From the IMG/VR virus record IMGVR_UViG_3300033068_001577: 64,000 bases of DNA; one strand, given 5' to 3'. The DNA comes from an uncultured virus (IMG/VR IMGVR_UViG_3300033068_001577) (taxonomy: Duplodnaviria > Heunggongvirae > Uroviricota > Caudoviricetes). The stretch's first letter is position 1. Each line of letters opens with the position of its first letter. This document shows, in pieces, positions 1-9,231 of this stretch. A program made the translations under genes and the position numbers. The notes under the pieces are model-generated. The model saw nothing but the letters and a program-made list of their open reading frames with translations, did not search any database and had not been told where the DNA came from.

Positions 1-51
1 GCCCTACGAAAATGCACGGCCTGACTTCCGGCTTGTCGAAGGAGCCCGCCC

Positions 52-381
52 ATGACTGACACGATAGACGTTGCAGCGCTGGTGGAGCGGCTGCGGTTCC
101 TCGTTTCACTCAACGAGCCACAGAACGGCGGCCCCTATCAAGGGTACGCGGCGCAGAAGTTTATCGAAACCGCCAACGAAGCCGCCACCGCCCTCCAGTC
201 CCAAGCAGACGCGCTTGCCGCGAACGAAACGGAACTCGATCTGCTACGCAAGCGCGTTGACGGGCTACTCGGCTCCCTCGCCACAATGCGGGAAGCGCTG
301 GAGGAGATTGCGCACTCCGCCGAAACGCACAGCCATGTGATCGTGGTCGCCCGCGCCGCTCTCGCCAGGGAGGGGAAGTGA
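52..381 (+). CDS. hypothetical coiled-coil phage protein
   Basis: ATG with AAGGAG RBS upstream; helical sequence ending ARAAL, typical of small phage proteins. Confidence 0.7.
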   Translation: MTDTIDVAALVERLRFLVSLNEPQNGGPYQGYAAQKFIETANEAATALQSQADALAANETELDLLRKRVDGLLGSLATMREALEEIAHSAETHSHVIVVARAALAREGK

Positions 382-632
382 GATGGGGATCGTTCGCCCG
401 GTTTCGCCGTGGAAACGCTACTGGTTCTTCCCGTGGGTGCAGCGCCGTCGTGTCGGCTGGTTTCTCAGCACCGCGCCAGATGTTCCAGTGGACATCAATT
501 CGTTCTGGACCGAATGGCGGTGGACCCCATGACCACCCGCGAACTCACAGTCACAATCCGCGCGGTCGTTGTTCTCGCCTTCATCGCGGCTGCAATAGGG
601 CTTGAGATGGGGAAGGAATGGGGGGCGACGCA

Positions 633-902
633 ATGAAGATCACCAGCTCCAAGCCATCCGAGCATTTGTCGCGCGACCCCAAGATCCTCAGCTCGCCGGT
701 CTGGACCAAACCCCCGGACAACCAGCCGGTCGGCCACCTGCTGCAACTGACCGAGCACACCTGCCGCTGGCCCTGGGACACCAGCCCGATCAGTTTCTGC
801 GGCGTGCCCGCCGAGGAGGACAAGCCCTACTGCAAGGCGCATTGCGCCGTCGCCTACCACCCCGCACCACCGCTCCGCCTGAAAAAGCCGAGGAACACTT
901 GA
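633..902 (+). CDS. gcrA: GcrA-like protein, C-terminal domain only
   Basis: LLQLTEHTCRWP...FCG...PYCKAHCAVAY matches the Cys-rich GcrA C-terminal signature; ATGA overlap with the upstream ORF; no N-terminal HTH. Confidence 0.8.
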   Translation: MKITSSKPSEHLSRDPKILSSPVWTKPPDNQPVGHLLQLTEHTCRWPWDTSPISFCGVPAEEDKPYCKAHCAVAYHPAPPLRLKKPRNT

Positions 903-1948
903 CCGAACCAACCCCCACCGAACCCTGGATCGAGATGATCGAGGGCGACGCCCTCGCGTCCCTGCGCACGTTGCCCGACCAGAGCGTGAACTGCATCGTC
1001 ACATCCCCGCCGTACTTCGGCCTGCGCGACTATGGCGTCGAGGGCCAGATGGGGCTTGAGCCGACGCCTGACGAGTTCGTCAAGGCACTGGTTGGCGTGT
1101 TGCGCGAGGCGCGGCGCGTGCTGCGCGATGATGGCACGCTGTGGCTGAACCTGGGGGATAGCTATGCCGGCAGTTGGGGCGCGCAGGGGCGGCGGGAAAC
1201 TGATAGCTACGACGACAGTTGGCACGGATCGCAGATCAAGAACCACCCCAAGCGCGCGTCCAACACCGGCACAATCAGACAGGCAGGCCTCAAACCGAAA
1301 GACCTGATCGGCATCCCGTGGCGCGTCGCCTTCGCGCTGCAGGCCGACGGCTGGTATCTGCGACAAGACATCATCTGGCACAAGCCGAACCCGATGCCGG
1401 AGTCGGTGACGGATCGCTGCACCAAGGCGCACGAGTACATCTTTTTGCTAAGCAAAAGCCCGAAGTATTTCTTTGATCACATGGCGATAAGAACACCGCT
1501 CGCAGAAACCTCGGTGGCCCGACTCTCACAGCCGACGCTCGAACAGCAGCAGGGCAGCGACCGAGTGCCAGGCAAGACGAACGGCCGGATGAAGGCTGTG
1601 CGCTTTGGCGGAAACAAGTACGGAGACGACAACCGCGAAGAGAGCAGGACCAAGAGCGGCAACGAGTGGGTAGCCTCGACCGGAGCCAACAAGCGCTCGG
1701 TCTGGACGGTCACCACCAAGCCGTTCAAGGGTGCCCACTTCGCCACCTTCCCGCCCGACCTGATCGAGCCGTGCGTCCTTGCCGGCTGCCCGGAGGGCGG
1801 GACGGTCCTCGACCCGTTCTTCGGCGCTGGCACGACCGGGCTCGTTGCGCGCAAGCACGGCCGCAACTGCATCGGCATCGAACTCAACCCTGTCTACTAT
1901 GACCTTGCCACCCAGCGCCTGTGGCCGACCGACAAGGACAGCGCATGA
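899..1948 (+). CDS. N4-cytosine/N6-adenine DNA methyltransferase (beta-class motif order)
   Basis: TSPPY catalytic motif, IIWHKPNPMPES, HFATFP, VLDPFFGAGTTG SAM-binding motif; probable TTG start overlapping the gcrA stop. Confidence 0.92.
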   Translation: MTEPTPTEPWIEMIEGDALASLRTLPDQSVNCIVTSPPYFGLRDYGVEGQMGLEPTPDEFVKALVGVLREARRVLRDDGTLWLNLGDSYAGSWGAQGRRETDSYDDSWHGSQIKNHPKRASNTGTIRQAGLKPKDLIGIPWRVAFALQADGWYLRQDIIWHKPNPMPESVTDRCTKAHEYIFLLSKSPKYFFDHMAIRTPLAETSVARLSQPTLEQQQGSDRVPGKTNGRMKAVRFGGNKYGDDNREESRTKSGNEWVASTGANKRSVWTVTTKPFKGAHFATFPPDLIEPCVLAGCPEGGTVLDPFFGAGTTGLVARKHGRNCIGIELNPVYYDLATQRLWPTDKDSA

Positions 1949-2565
1949 CCGTCAGCGCCCGCCTCCTCCCCGAACTGAAGCTCCTGCCCAAGCGCCGGCA
2001 TCGCAAAGCCAAGCCTCGCCTCGACCCCGACAGCGGCCGGCCGATCGCCCGGACCACCGGCGCCCCGGATCGCCGCGGCAAGGCGCGCGTCCTCGACCAG
2101 GTGCGCATGCGCTCCGAGCAGAAGGGCACCGTCGTGACCTTCATGCTGAGCGAGGACATCATGCTGCAGCTGCTGCATCTGCACGACTCGCTGTTCAAGG
2201 GCCTGCTCGCCACCATCCACCCCGAGCGGCGCAAGCGCATGCTGCGCGTCGAGTTCATCAGGATGGTCGATTTCGGCGTCAACGCCGTGATGCTGCGCGT
2301 CGAGGCCCCGAGCTACGACCCCAAGGGCAATCGTATCAAGCCCCCGGTCAAGGGCCGGCAATGGGCCGCCCGCATCCGGGCCCGGCGCATCGGGTTGCGC
2401 GACCATGTCACGCCCAAGATCGTCGAGCACATCTGGATGGACGAGCCGCAATACCGCGCGATCGTCCTCATCATCCCCGAGGAAGACATGCTGCATCCCG
2501 GCCCCAGGATAGACGTCCGCAAGGTCTTCGGCCACCAGGCCGACCCCTGGGACCTGCGCGCATGA
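1945..2565 (+). CDS. hypothetical protein
   Basis: ATGA overlaps at both ends; phage-like codon usage. Confidence 0.7.
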   Translation: MTVSARLLPELKLLPKRRHRKAKPRLDPDSGRPIARTTGAPDRRGKARVLDQVRMRSEQKGTVVTFMLSEDIMLQLLHLHDSLFKGLLATIHPERRKRMLRVEFIRMVDFGVNAVMLRVEAPSYDPKGNRIKPPVKGRQWAARIRARRIGLRDHVTPKIVEHIWMDEPQYRAIVLIIPEEDMLHPGPRIDVRKVFGHQADPWDLRA

Positions 2566-2819
2566 CCCCGCAACGTGGAAAGGCCCTGAAGCCCAACACC
2601 GCCGTCGACCCGCTGTTGCGCCAGATCTTCGATGAGCAGGAGCGCCTCGGCGTCAGCACACCGACCCTGGCGCGTCTCACCGACATCGATCCGCGCACCA
2701 TTGCCGACCTGCGCCACCCGGCCGTCGGCAAGGGCAAGCGCATCAGCGTTCATCACCTGCGCCGGCTGGCGGAGGCACTGGACTTCGAGTTTCCGGCAAA
2801 GCTCAGGAAGCGCAGCTGA
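2562..2819 (+). CDS. XRE-like helix-turn-helix protein
   Basis: ERLGVSTPTLARLTDIDPRTIADL...LRRLAEALD fits an XRE/cI-type HTH; ATG at 2562. Confidence 0.6.
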   Translation: MTPQRGKALKPNTAVDPLLRQIFDEQERLGVSTPTLARLTDIDPRTIADLRHPAVGKGKRISVHHLRRLAEALDFEFPAKLRKRS

Positions 2820-2860
2820 AAAAGCAGCGCCCCCGGTTGAAAGGACACAACCGGGGGCGC
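2818..2860 (-). terminator. intrinsic terminator between convergent genes
   Basis: 13-bp perfect stem GCGCCCCCGGTTG/CAACCGGGGGCGC followed by a T-run on the minus strand. Confidence 0.65.
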
Positions 2861-2940
2861 GCAACACCCAACCACCGCAGAGGAAATAGGGAGGACACCC
2901 CGCCTCAGCACCCTTTTCCTAGCAGGCCGTTTTCACTTCG

Positions 2941-3774
2941 TCAATTGGATGCCGCAGCCGCGCGGCGCCGGGCGACGGGCGAGACATGGACGTTCTTTTC
3001 GATCTGCCCCCGGCGCCGCAGCGCCAGCTTCTTGACCTGGTCGAGATCCTCGGGCGTGCCGAGGTCCTTGAGGAAATCCAGCATGTGGCGGTTCTTGCGC
3101 GCCAGCGCGTCGACCTGCTCGAGCGTCGTTGCGTCCTCGAACCATGACGAGATCGCCGAAACCGTCGCCGCGATCGTATCTCGCGTGTCGGCCCCGACAT
3201 CGTAGAGATCGAGGAAGATCGGCAAGCCATCGGGCTCGCGCCGTTCGATCACCTGCAGCGGCGCCGGCGCCTCGACCGGATCCTCGGGCACGTATTCCCC
3301 ACCATCGCCGCCATAGGGGTCGTCCTCGACCGCTTCGATCACAGCGTCGCGGGCATCGTGGCCGTTCATCCGCACCTCGTGCGTCTCGGCCGGCGCCGGT
3401 CGCCCGGCGGGCTGGTTGAGCTGCGCCTCGAGCTGCGGCGGCAGGCGCCCGAACAGCATGTAGAGCGCCGCGACGTCGATGCGGCTGCGCGCCACCAGCG
3501 AGATGTCCAGCGCCGTCGAGGGGACGCGCACCGTCACCTCGTCGAGGGCTTCGAGATTGGCCGGATCCTTGCCGGCAAGCAGGTTGTAGCGCACGATGAT
3601 GTCGTCGCCGCCCGCCGCAGCATTGGCGACCGGTGTCGCCGCGATCTCGCGGGCCGTCACGGTCCAGCCCGCATCGACCAGCGCCTTGCGCAGCTCGTGA
3701 TAGGGTGTTGCCGGGTCGAGCTCGCGCACGAAGGCGATCAGCTCGCCGCGCAGGGAGGATTTCACAAAGGCCAT
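2941..3774 (-). CDS. hypothetical protein
   Basis: 277-aa ORF with AAGGAG RBS and strong GC3 bias. Confidence 0.8.
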   Translation of the reverse strand: MAFVKSSLRGELIAFVRELDPATPYHELRKALVDAGWTVTAREIAATPVANAAAGGDDIIVRYNLLAGKDPANLEALDEVTVRVPSTALDISLVARSRIDVAALYMLFGRLPPQLEAQLNQPAGRPAPAETHEVRMNGHDARDAVIEAVEDDPYGGDGGEYVPEDPVEAPAPLQVIERREPDGLPIFLDLYDVGADTRDTIAATVSAISSWFEDATTLEQVDALARKNRHMLDFLKDLGTPEDLDQVKKLALRRRGQIEKNVHVSPVARRRAAAASN

Positions 3775-3786
3775 GGGGCCGCTCCT

Positions 3787-4026
3787 TCAGAGGTTCCAGG
3801 GGTCGTCGAGGTCGGGGCGCAGCACCGCGGGCGCGACCCCGATATAGGCCGCCACCTTGTCGAGGTGACGCTCGGGCACGGCGGTCCAGTTGCACACCGC
3901 CGCGACCGTGATGCCCAGTTGCCGGGCCAGCTCCGCCTTGCGGCGGCGCAGGCGCCGGGAATGTTTCTGCCATGCCGTGCGGGCGCGCCTGTCGATCTGC
4001 GGCCGTCCGCCTTTCGCTGTCGTCAT
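3787..4026 (-). CDS. Cro/YdaS-like HTH transcriptional regulator
   Basis: KAELARQLGITVAAVCNW...VP...LRPDL, a Cro-like signature. Confidence 0.75.
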   Translation of the reverse strand: MTTAKGGRPQIDRRARTAWQKHSRRLRRRKAELARQLGITVAAVCNWTAVPERHLDKVAAYIGVAPAVLRPDLDDPWNL

Positions 4027-4076
4027 GGGCCCCGGATACCCCGGCTCGCGCCCCTGTGCAATAGTTTAGGTGTAGC

Positions 4077-4106
4077 TTGACAAGGTTTTGCTTTAGTTGT
4101 AAGGAT
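4077..4106 (+). promoter_or_regulatory. putative sigma70 promoter
   Basis: TTGACA-17 nt-TAAGGA in an AT-rich divergent intergenic region. Confidence 0.5.
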
Positions 4107-4325
4107 CGAACGTGTCCAGCCGTGCGCCCTCAAGCGGCGGACCCAGGGGCCGGCGCGCCCACCCTCGGCGCTGCCGGCCCCGACCATTTCAGGGAGACAC
4201 CCTATGACCGCCATCTTCATCCGCCTCGCCCGCTGGCGCCGCCGCCAGCTCCCGCGCGTCAGCGTCACGCTCGACGTGTTCGTGCCCGGCACCGATCGCC
4301 GGGCCGTGCTGCACTGGAGGACCTG

Positions 4326-4649
4326 ATGAGCGAAGCTGTACCGAGTTGGGCGCGGGTCGGCGCCAAGGTCGTGTGCGTACAAAGTGTCATATACCAAGAG
4401 GCTTATAGCCCTTTGGTGCGCGGAGCCGTCTACACCGTCGCAGCAATAATCGAACCAATAGAAGCCGCCCGATGGGACGGCAACGTCGACGCATCGCCTG
4501 CGTTTGTCCTTGCTGAGGTCGACAACCCTTACAGCTATACAAACGCGTATGACATTCGCCGCTTCCGGCCCCTCGTCTCCCAGGAAGACGACATCGCCAC
4601 GCATTTCCAGCAGCTGCTCGACATCAAGCATCCGGAGTTGATCCAATGA
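4326..4649 (+). CDS. hypothetical phage protein
   Basis: ATG at 4326 with GGAGG RBS; WARVGAKVVCV...RRFRPLV pattern of small phage proteins. Confidence 0.7.
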   Translation: MSEAVPSWARVGAKVVCVQSVIYQEAYSPLVRGAVYTVAAIIEPIEAARWDGNVDASPAFVLAEVDNPYSYTNAYDIRRFRPLVSQEDDIATHFQQLLDIKHPELIQ

Positions 4650-4939
4650 CCGACCACAAGCCGCTGCCCGTCGCGGGCTACACCGACCAGTCCGACGCCA
4701 AGGTGGCGCTCGTCAACGAGTTCAAGCAGGACGAGGAGCGCCTGCTGCGCAAGCTCGACGCGATGACGAAGGCTGTTCACGACCCGCGTTACGATGTGCA
4801 CATCCCCGCTTCGCCGCTGGCTGCCGCCACCGACCAGCGCTGGCTCGCCATCGCCCGCAGCCACTTTCAACAGGGCTATATGGCCCTGAACAGGGCGGTG
4901 TTTCAGCCGCAGCGCATCCGGTTGCCGGAGGACGACTGA
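4646..4939 (+). CDS. acb2: Acb2-like cyclic-oligonucleotide sponge (anti-CBASS candidate)
   Basis: 97 aa; VAGY...VNEFK...RWLAIARSHFQQGYMALNRAVFQP matches my recollection of Acb2 (IKGY...MNRVK...[24 protein letters not shown]). Confidence 0.8.
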   Translation: MTDHKPLPVAGYTDQSDAKVALVNEFKQDEERLLRKLDAMTKAVHDPRYDVHIPASPLAAATDQRWLAIARSHFQQGYMALNRAVFQPQRIRLPEDD

Positions 4940-5298
4940 TGGCCATCCAATACACGTCCTCGCTGGCAGTGCAGCTCTTCGGCAGCTCGGCTGCGGGGGT
5001 GTTCGGCACCTCTAACACCCACATGTACTACAACAGCCCGCCCGGGCCGTACTCGCAGTCCGCCCTCGACGCGCATCACGCCGCCCAAGGCATCGCCGGG
5101 GCCTATACGCAAATGTCGGCCATGCAGGCGTATGTGCCAGAACCGACCCGGGAGCCTGTGCATATCCCGACCGATCCAATGGACTTGCGCATGGCCGAAG
5201 CCGAGGCGGAGCTCGACGCGATCCGCGAGCGCGGGCAGAGGACGCATGCGCGTATTCGCGATGCGTGGTTCGGACGGTTCGACGAGGGCTCGAAGTGA
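4939..5298 (+). CDS. hypothetical protein
   Basis: TGATG coupling to the previous gene; GGAGG RBS. Confidence 0.6.
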   Translation: MAIQYTSSLAVQLFGSSAAGVFGTSNTHMYYNSPPGPYSQSALDAHHAAQGIAGAYTQMSAMQAYVPEPTREPVHIPTDPMDLRMAEAEAELDAIRERGQRTHARIRDAWFGRFDEGSK

Positions 5299-5501
5299 CC
5301 GACACCTTCACGCTCCACGACGTCACCGGCGCCATGGGCGAGGCCCTGCGCCGCCGGCCGCCCGAGTGGCATGTCGCCCATGAGCGCGAGATCCGCCTGT
5401 TCGTCGACGACACCATCGCCATCCTGCGCGCCAGCGCCGCGCATGCCGACCGCGAATACGAAGCCTCGAGCGCGTCGCTGACAGCCGACCCGCTCGGGTG
5501 A
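5295..5501 (+). CDS. hypothetical protein
   Basis: GTGA overlap with the previous gene; coding-like bias. Confidence 0.55.
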   Translation: MTDTFTLHDVTGAMGEALRRRPPEWHVAHEREIRLFVDDTIAILRASAAHADREYEASSASLTADPLG

Positions 5502-5509
5502 TGACTTGG

Positions 5510-5586
5510 GAATGCGTAGCTCAGCCAGGTAGAGCAGCGAGCTTTTAACTCGCCGGTCCCCGGTTCGAATCCGGGCGCATTCACCA
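5510..5586 (+). tRNA. tRNA-Lys (anticodon UUU)
   Basis: Acceptor stem GAATGCG/CGCATTC plus ACCA; D arm GCTC/GAGC; anticodon arm GCGAG-CTTTTAA-CTCGC; T arm CCCGG-TTCGAAT-CCGGG. Confidence 0.95.
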
Positions 5587-5587
5587 C

Positions 5588-7135
5588 TCACCGCACCGTG
5601 CGGATCGCCGCGATGATCGCCGCCTGGTCGGCGTCCTTGCGCACCAGCGCCTCGGCCACGTCCTGGTCCTTGGAGTCGAGCGCGACGATGTGGTGCGAAT
5701 AGACCTTCGCCACTTGCCCGCGCCGATCGATCCGCTCGACGGTCTGCTTGTAGGCGTCGAGCGACCACGGCAGCGCCAGCCACGCGATGTGGTGCCCACC
5801 ATACTGCAGGTTCAGCCCGTGCGAGGCCGAGTTGGGATGCAGGGCGAGGACTGGCAGCTCGCGCTTGTTCCAGCGCGCGATGTGATCGTTCGCCACAGCG
5901 GCCGAGACGCCTTGCCCGATGAACGGCACGTTCTTCCAGATCTTGCGGATGTTTTCGAGGTCCTGGTCGAACTGGAACGCCACGAGCAGCGGCTCGCGGC
6001 CCATCGAATCGATCAGCTCGGCCAGCGCCTCGGTCTTTTCGTCGTGCAGATGATGCACCGTGCGCCGGCCCTTGTCGTCGACCTCGTAGAGATAGCCCTG
6101 GACGATCTGGCGCAGCTTCTGCGAGGCCACGGCCTCGGTCATGGCAGTGATCGGATCGGCTTCATGCCCGAGATCGAGCGCGGCCAGTTCGACCGCCATG
6201 GTCTTTTCCATGGCCGTATAGGCTTCGCGCGCCTTCTCGGGCAGCGTCACCGGAATGTCGCGCGGCGTGGCGTTCTTGGTGTAGGCCGTGGCCGGTGCCC
6301 GGAAAGCGACGCCGTTCAGGTCGCGCATCAACAGATCGAACGCCCCGAGCTGCAGGCGCCACGAGTAACCCATGTAGTCGGCGGGCGCGAAGTAGCGCTG
6401 CCGCCATTGGTAGAAGCTCTTGCCCCAGGTCTTGCCGCCATCGACCAGCTGCACCTGCCCGAACAGATCCTCGGCCCCCTCGGGCGCGGGCGTGGCGTTG
6501 AGGCCGTGCCGAACCTTGGCCAACGGCATGTGTTTCCTGAGCGCCTTGTAGCGCGGCGACTTGGGGTTGCGCGCCACCCGGCCCGTCTCGTCAACGACGA
6601 TCATGTCGAACGGCAGTTCGCCCGGCTTGAACAGCCCGAGCAGCCAGTCGATGTTCTCGAATGAGGTGACGTGCCAGTGCCCGGCGGCCGGCGGCGTCCG
6701 GCGCAGCTCGCGATTGACCTTGTTCTCCTCAGAGACAATCTCGGCGAGGCGCGCTTCCATCGCGCGGCGCTTGACCACGTCGACGATCTTGTCGACGCGC
6801 GACTCGATCCAGTTGCGCTTGCCGTAAAGGATGCGCGAGCGCTTCCAGATGGAGTCGTCCCAGTCCTCGGGCGCGCCGCCCCAGCACACCATCTTGGCAC
6901 CGGCGAGATGATCCCATTCGAAGCGCTCGTTCGGCCATGTGACCTGCGCCACGCGCAGCGGCGCGAAGACCAGCGGCGTCGTCACCACGCCCGCGGCCAT
7001 CAGCTCTTCGCCGACGGTCATCTCGACAACGGTCTTGCCGAAGCCCGTCTCGAGCAGCGCCAGGCGCTCATCATGGGAGTAGAGATCGTCGATCGCCAGC
7101 TGCTGGAGCTCGTCCAGGTCCTCGTAGCGGCGCAT
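5588..7135 (-). CDS. SNF2-like superfamily 2 helicase
   Basis: ETGFGKT (motif I), IVVDE (II), LNATP (III), SHGLNLQ (V), QTVERIDRRGQ (VI); likely ATG at 7135. Confidence 0.9.
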   Translation of the reverse strand: MRRYEDLDELQQLAIDDLYSHDERLALLETGFGKTVVEMTVGEELMAAGVVTTPLVFAPLRVAQVTWPNERFEWDHLAGAKMVCWGGAPEDWDDSIWKRSRILYGKRNWIESRVDKIVDVVKRRAMEARLAEIVSEENKVNRELRRTPPAAGHWHVTSFENIDWLLGLFKPGELPFDMIVVDETGRVARNPKSPRYKALRKHMPLAKVRHGLNATPAPEGAEDLFGQVQLVDGGKTWGKSFYQWRQRYFAPADYMGYSWRLQLGAFDLLMRDLNGVAFRAPATAYTKNATPRDIPVTLPEKAREAYTAMEKTMAVELAALDLGHEADPITAMTEAVASQKLRQIVQGYLYEVDDKGRRTVHHLHDEKTEALAELIDSMGREPLLVAFQFDQDLENIRKIWKNVPFIGQGVSAAVANDHIARWNKRELPVLALHPNSASHGLNLQYGGHHIAWLALPWSLDAYKQTVERIDRRGQVAKVYSHHIVALDSKDQDVAEALVRKDADQAAIIAAIRTVR

Positions 7136-7308
7136 GCGCGGCCCCTTATGTGATTGAACGAATGGCGGTGAGCAGTTCGCGACGGGTCGTCTCCCAGTCA
7201 CCCTGCGAAGCGTCGGCGTAGCCTTGATCGTATTGGTCGCCGGTCGAGCCATCGAGGTCAGCAGCGAACTTCTGTCGGGACACAAGTCCTACCACCCGCT
7301 CGCGTTCC

Positions 7309-7560
7309 TCAGCCCTTCCCGCCTTGTGGGGAGGCGTCCTGCCGATAGTATTCGGCCTCGTGATGCGTTCGGGCGCGCCACAGTTTCGCCTGCTGCTCAT
7401 ACCATTCTGCAACTTGGTCGCAGGCTTCATCGAAGCCGTAGCCGTGGTCAGGGTTCGTGCCGTAGCAGCCATTGCCATCTGCGTCCCACTCTCGGCAGAA
7501 GTGGCCCTCAATGGTCGCGCGGTTTTCGTGGTACACCACATCAAAACGCTGCTCGCTCAT
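7309..7560 (-). CDS. hypothetical protein
   Basis: Member of a chain of overlapping small minus-strand ORFs. Confidence 0.6.
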   Translation of the reverse strand: MSEQRFDVVYHENRATIEGHFCREWDADGNGCYGTNPDHGYGFDEACDQVAEWYEQQAKLWRARTHHEAEYYRQDASPQGGKG

Positions 7561-7775
7561 TTCCCCTCCTCCGCCAGTTCCTTGCGCTTCGTCTTGCGGA
7601 TTGAATAAAATGCCGCCCCGGCCATGAATGGGCCCATGGCAGCGAAAGCCAAAACCAGAAACAGCCCCGCCTCCGCCGGCAAAGGCTTCTCGTCATCGCC
7701 CGTTTTGCTGACCCAGTAGGCAAATGCCCACCCGCCGAGGGCAAGCCACACGATCAAGAGCGCGAACTCAACCAT
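7557..7775 (-). CDS. small membrane protein
   Basis: Two hydrophobic segments starting at MVEFALLIVW; overlaps both neighbours. Confidence 0.6.
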   Translation of the reverse strand: MVEFALLIVWLALGGWAFAYWVSKTGDDEKPLPAEAGLFLVLAFAAMGPFMAGAAFYSIRKTKRKELAEEGK

Positions 7776-8025
7776 TAGCTTTCTCCGCCAGTTCCTTGAG
7801 GACATCGTCTCCAGGGGTGGGGATGGGGCACCAGCAGAGGGCGTCAGCGAGCGGCATTGCGCCATTCTCCCACAAGATCCTGTCACCCCGGACGATGCCG
7901 ATGACGGCGAAGTATTTTTTTGGCAGGTCGCGGCGCAGACGCAGCCAAACGAACACCTCAGCGTCTTCCGGCGCCTCGCTGAAGTCCCTGCTAAACCCAT
8001 TGGGGAGGGAGGGGGTATGGGTCAT
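7768..8025 (-). CDS. hypothetical protein
   Basis: ATG at 8025 with AAGGAG RBS; FSEAPED...WCPIPTP resembles small phage proteins. Confidence 0.55.
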   Translation of the reverse strand: MTHTPSLPNGFSRDFSEAPEDAEVFVWLRLRRDLPKKYFAVIGIVRGDRILWENGAMPLADALCWCPIPTPGDDVLKELAEKANG

Positions 8026-8243
8026 ACCTGCTCTCCTTCGACGCTCGCGCGCGCAGCCTCGTCGTGCTGCCACTCCTCGATCGCCTGGCGCAGATCCTGC
8101 GCCGCGGCGATCGTCGCCAGCGACAAGAGCCCGCCATTGCCGCCCATCCAGATGCCACCCACCAGCTGCCCGCAATCGTCGCGCATCACAGCGTCGGCGA
8201 GGGCCCGGGCGCGCTTGACGAGCTTATCGACCGCCGCGCTCAT
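8022..8243 (-). CDS. hypothetical protein
   Basis: ATGA overlaps with neighbours. Confidence 0.55.
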   Translation of the reverse strand: MSAAVDKLVKRARALADAVMRDDCGQLVGGIWMGGNGGLLSLATIAAAQDLRQAIEEWQHDEAARASVEGEQV

Positions 8244-8357
8244 GCGAACGGGTTCCAGCCCGACAGCACGGCTGCGATCGTGAAGCACGCGCCCACGAAC
8301 ACCGCCATGCCGGCGATCCACTTGATGACGTTCTCGGGGTGACCATCGTCGTTGTCG

Positions 8358-8657
8358 TCAGACATTGCTAATCTCCTTGGCCAGCGCCGCCTCGAAGGCG
8401 GCATCGCTGTCGATAAAGTACACGCTGAAGCCCCGGGCACGCAAACGCCGGGCCCATTCGTCCTGCTGCGCCGAGACGCGCCCGGTGCGCAGGCGCTTGA
8501 ATTCGAGAAACCAGGTGCGCCCGGCACCGAGCACGGTCCTGTCGGGAAAGCCCCGGACGCCCGCGACCTGCAGCTTGACAGCCAGACCCCCGAGCGCTTC
8601 GATGCGCGCCACGCAGCGGGCCTCGAGATCGGCTTCCAGTTCGCGCTTCCTCGGCAT
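8358..8657 (-). CDS. VRR-NUC domain nuclease
   Basis: EADLE...GVRGFPDR...FLEFKR..GRVSAQQ, the PD-(D/E)XK VRR-NUC signature. Confidence 0.88.
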   Translation of the reverse strand: MPRKRELEADLEARCVARIEALGGLAVKLQVAGVRGFPDRTVLGAGRTWFLEFKRLRTGRVSAQQDEWARRLRARGFSVYFIDSDAAFEAALAKEISNV

Positions 8658-8686
8658 GGCTTCTCACTAGTGATCCACTTTTATGG

Positions 8687-8716
8687 TTGACTATATCATT
8701 GCGCCGGTGTAGTCAA
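8687..8716. promoter_or_regulatory. symmetric divergent promoter/operator
   Basis: Inverted repeat TTGACTA-N16-TAGTCAA at the switch between leftward and rightward operons. Confidence 0.55.
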
Positions 8717-9231
8717 GGTGCATCGAAGCTTTGAAGAGGGCACCACAATGCCACTGGTCAAACGTTCTGCCTGGGTCTGGCAGCGCCCGTCGCAAAGCGG
8801 CCACGGCGGCTACTGGCTCGACGAATGGTACGAGGAGCGCCCCGAGGGCTGGGTCGAACCGCCGCCCCGGCGCCTGCCGGCGGCGAGCGACGAGAACCGC
8901 GCCGACACTGCTCGGCACAGTGGGGAGGCTGCGTAGATGCCCGCGACCCCGATTGAACAGCTCAAGCGCGAGGCGCTGGCGATGAAAGCCGTCATGCGCG
9001 ACGGCCAATGGGTTCGAGAGCCTTACGTCCTCACCCGATCCGCATCCGGCCTGTCTGACCGGCCGCTCAACCAAGCCGCCGCTGCTCGTGTGCTGGCGGC
9101 CGAGGAGCGTGCATGCCAGCGCAGCTGATTGCCCTGTTCTTTGCCGCCATGATGCTCGGCGCCGCGCTGTGGGGCCTGATCGACATCCTGCTGCTGCCGC
9201 GCTGGCGGGCGCCAACCCGAAAGGACGATGA

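Noticed and set aside
5510..5586. tRNA as attachment site or prophage boundary
   Set aside because: Phage genes lie on both sides; no integrase or duplicated tRNA 3' end seen in the window
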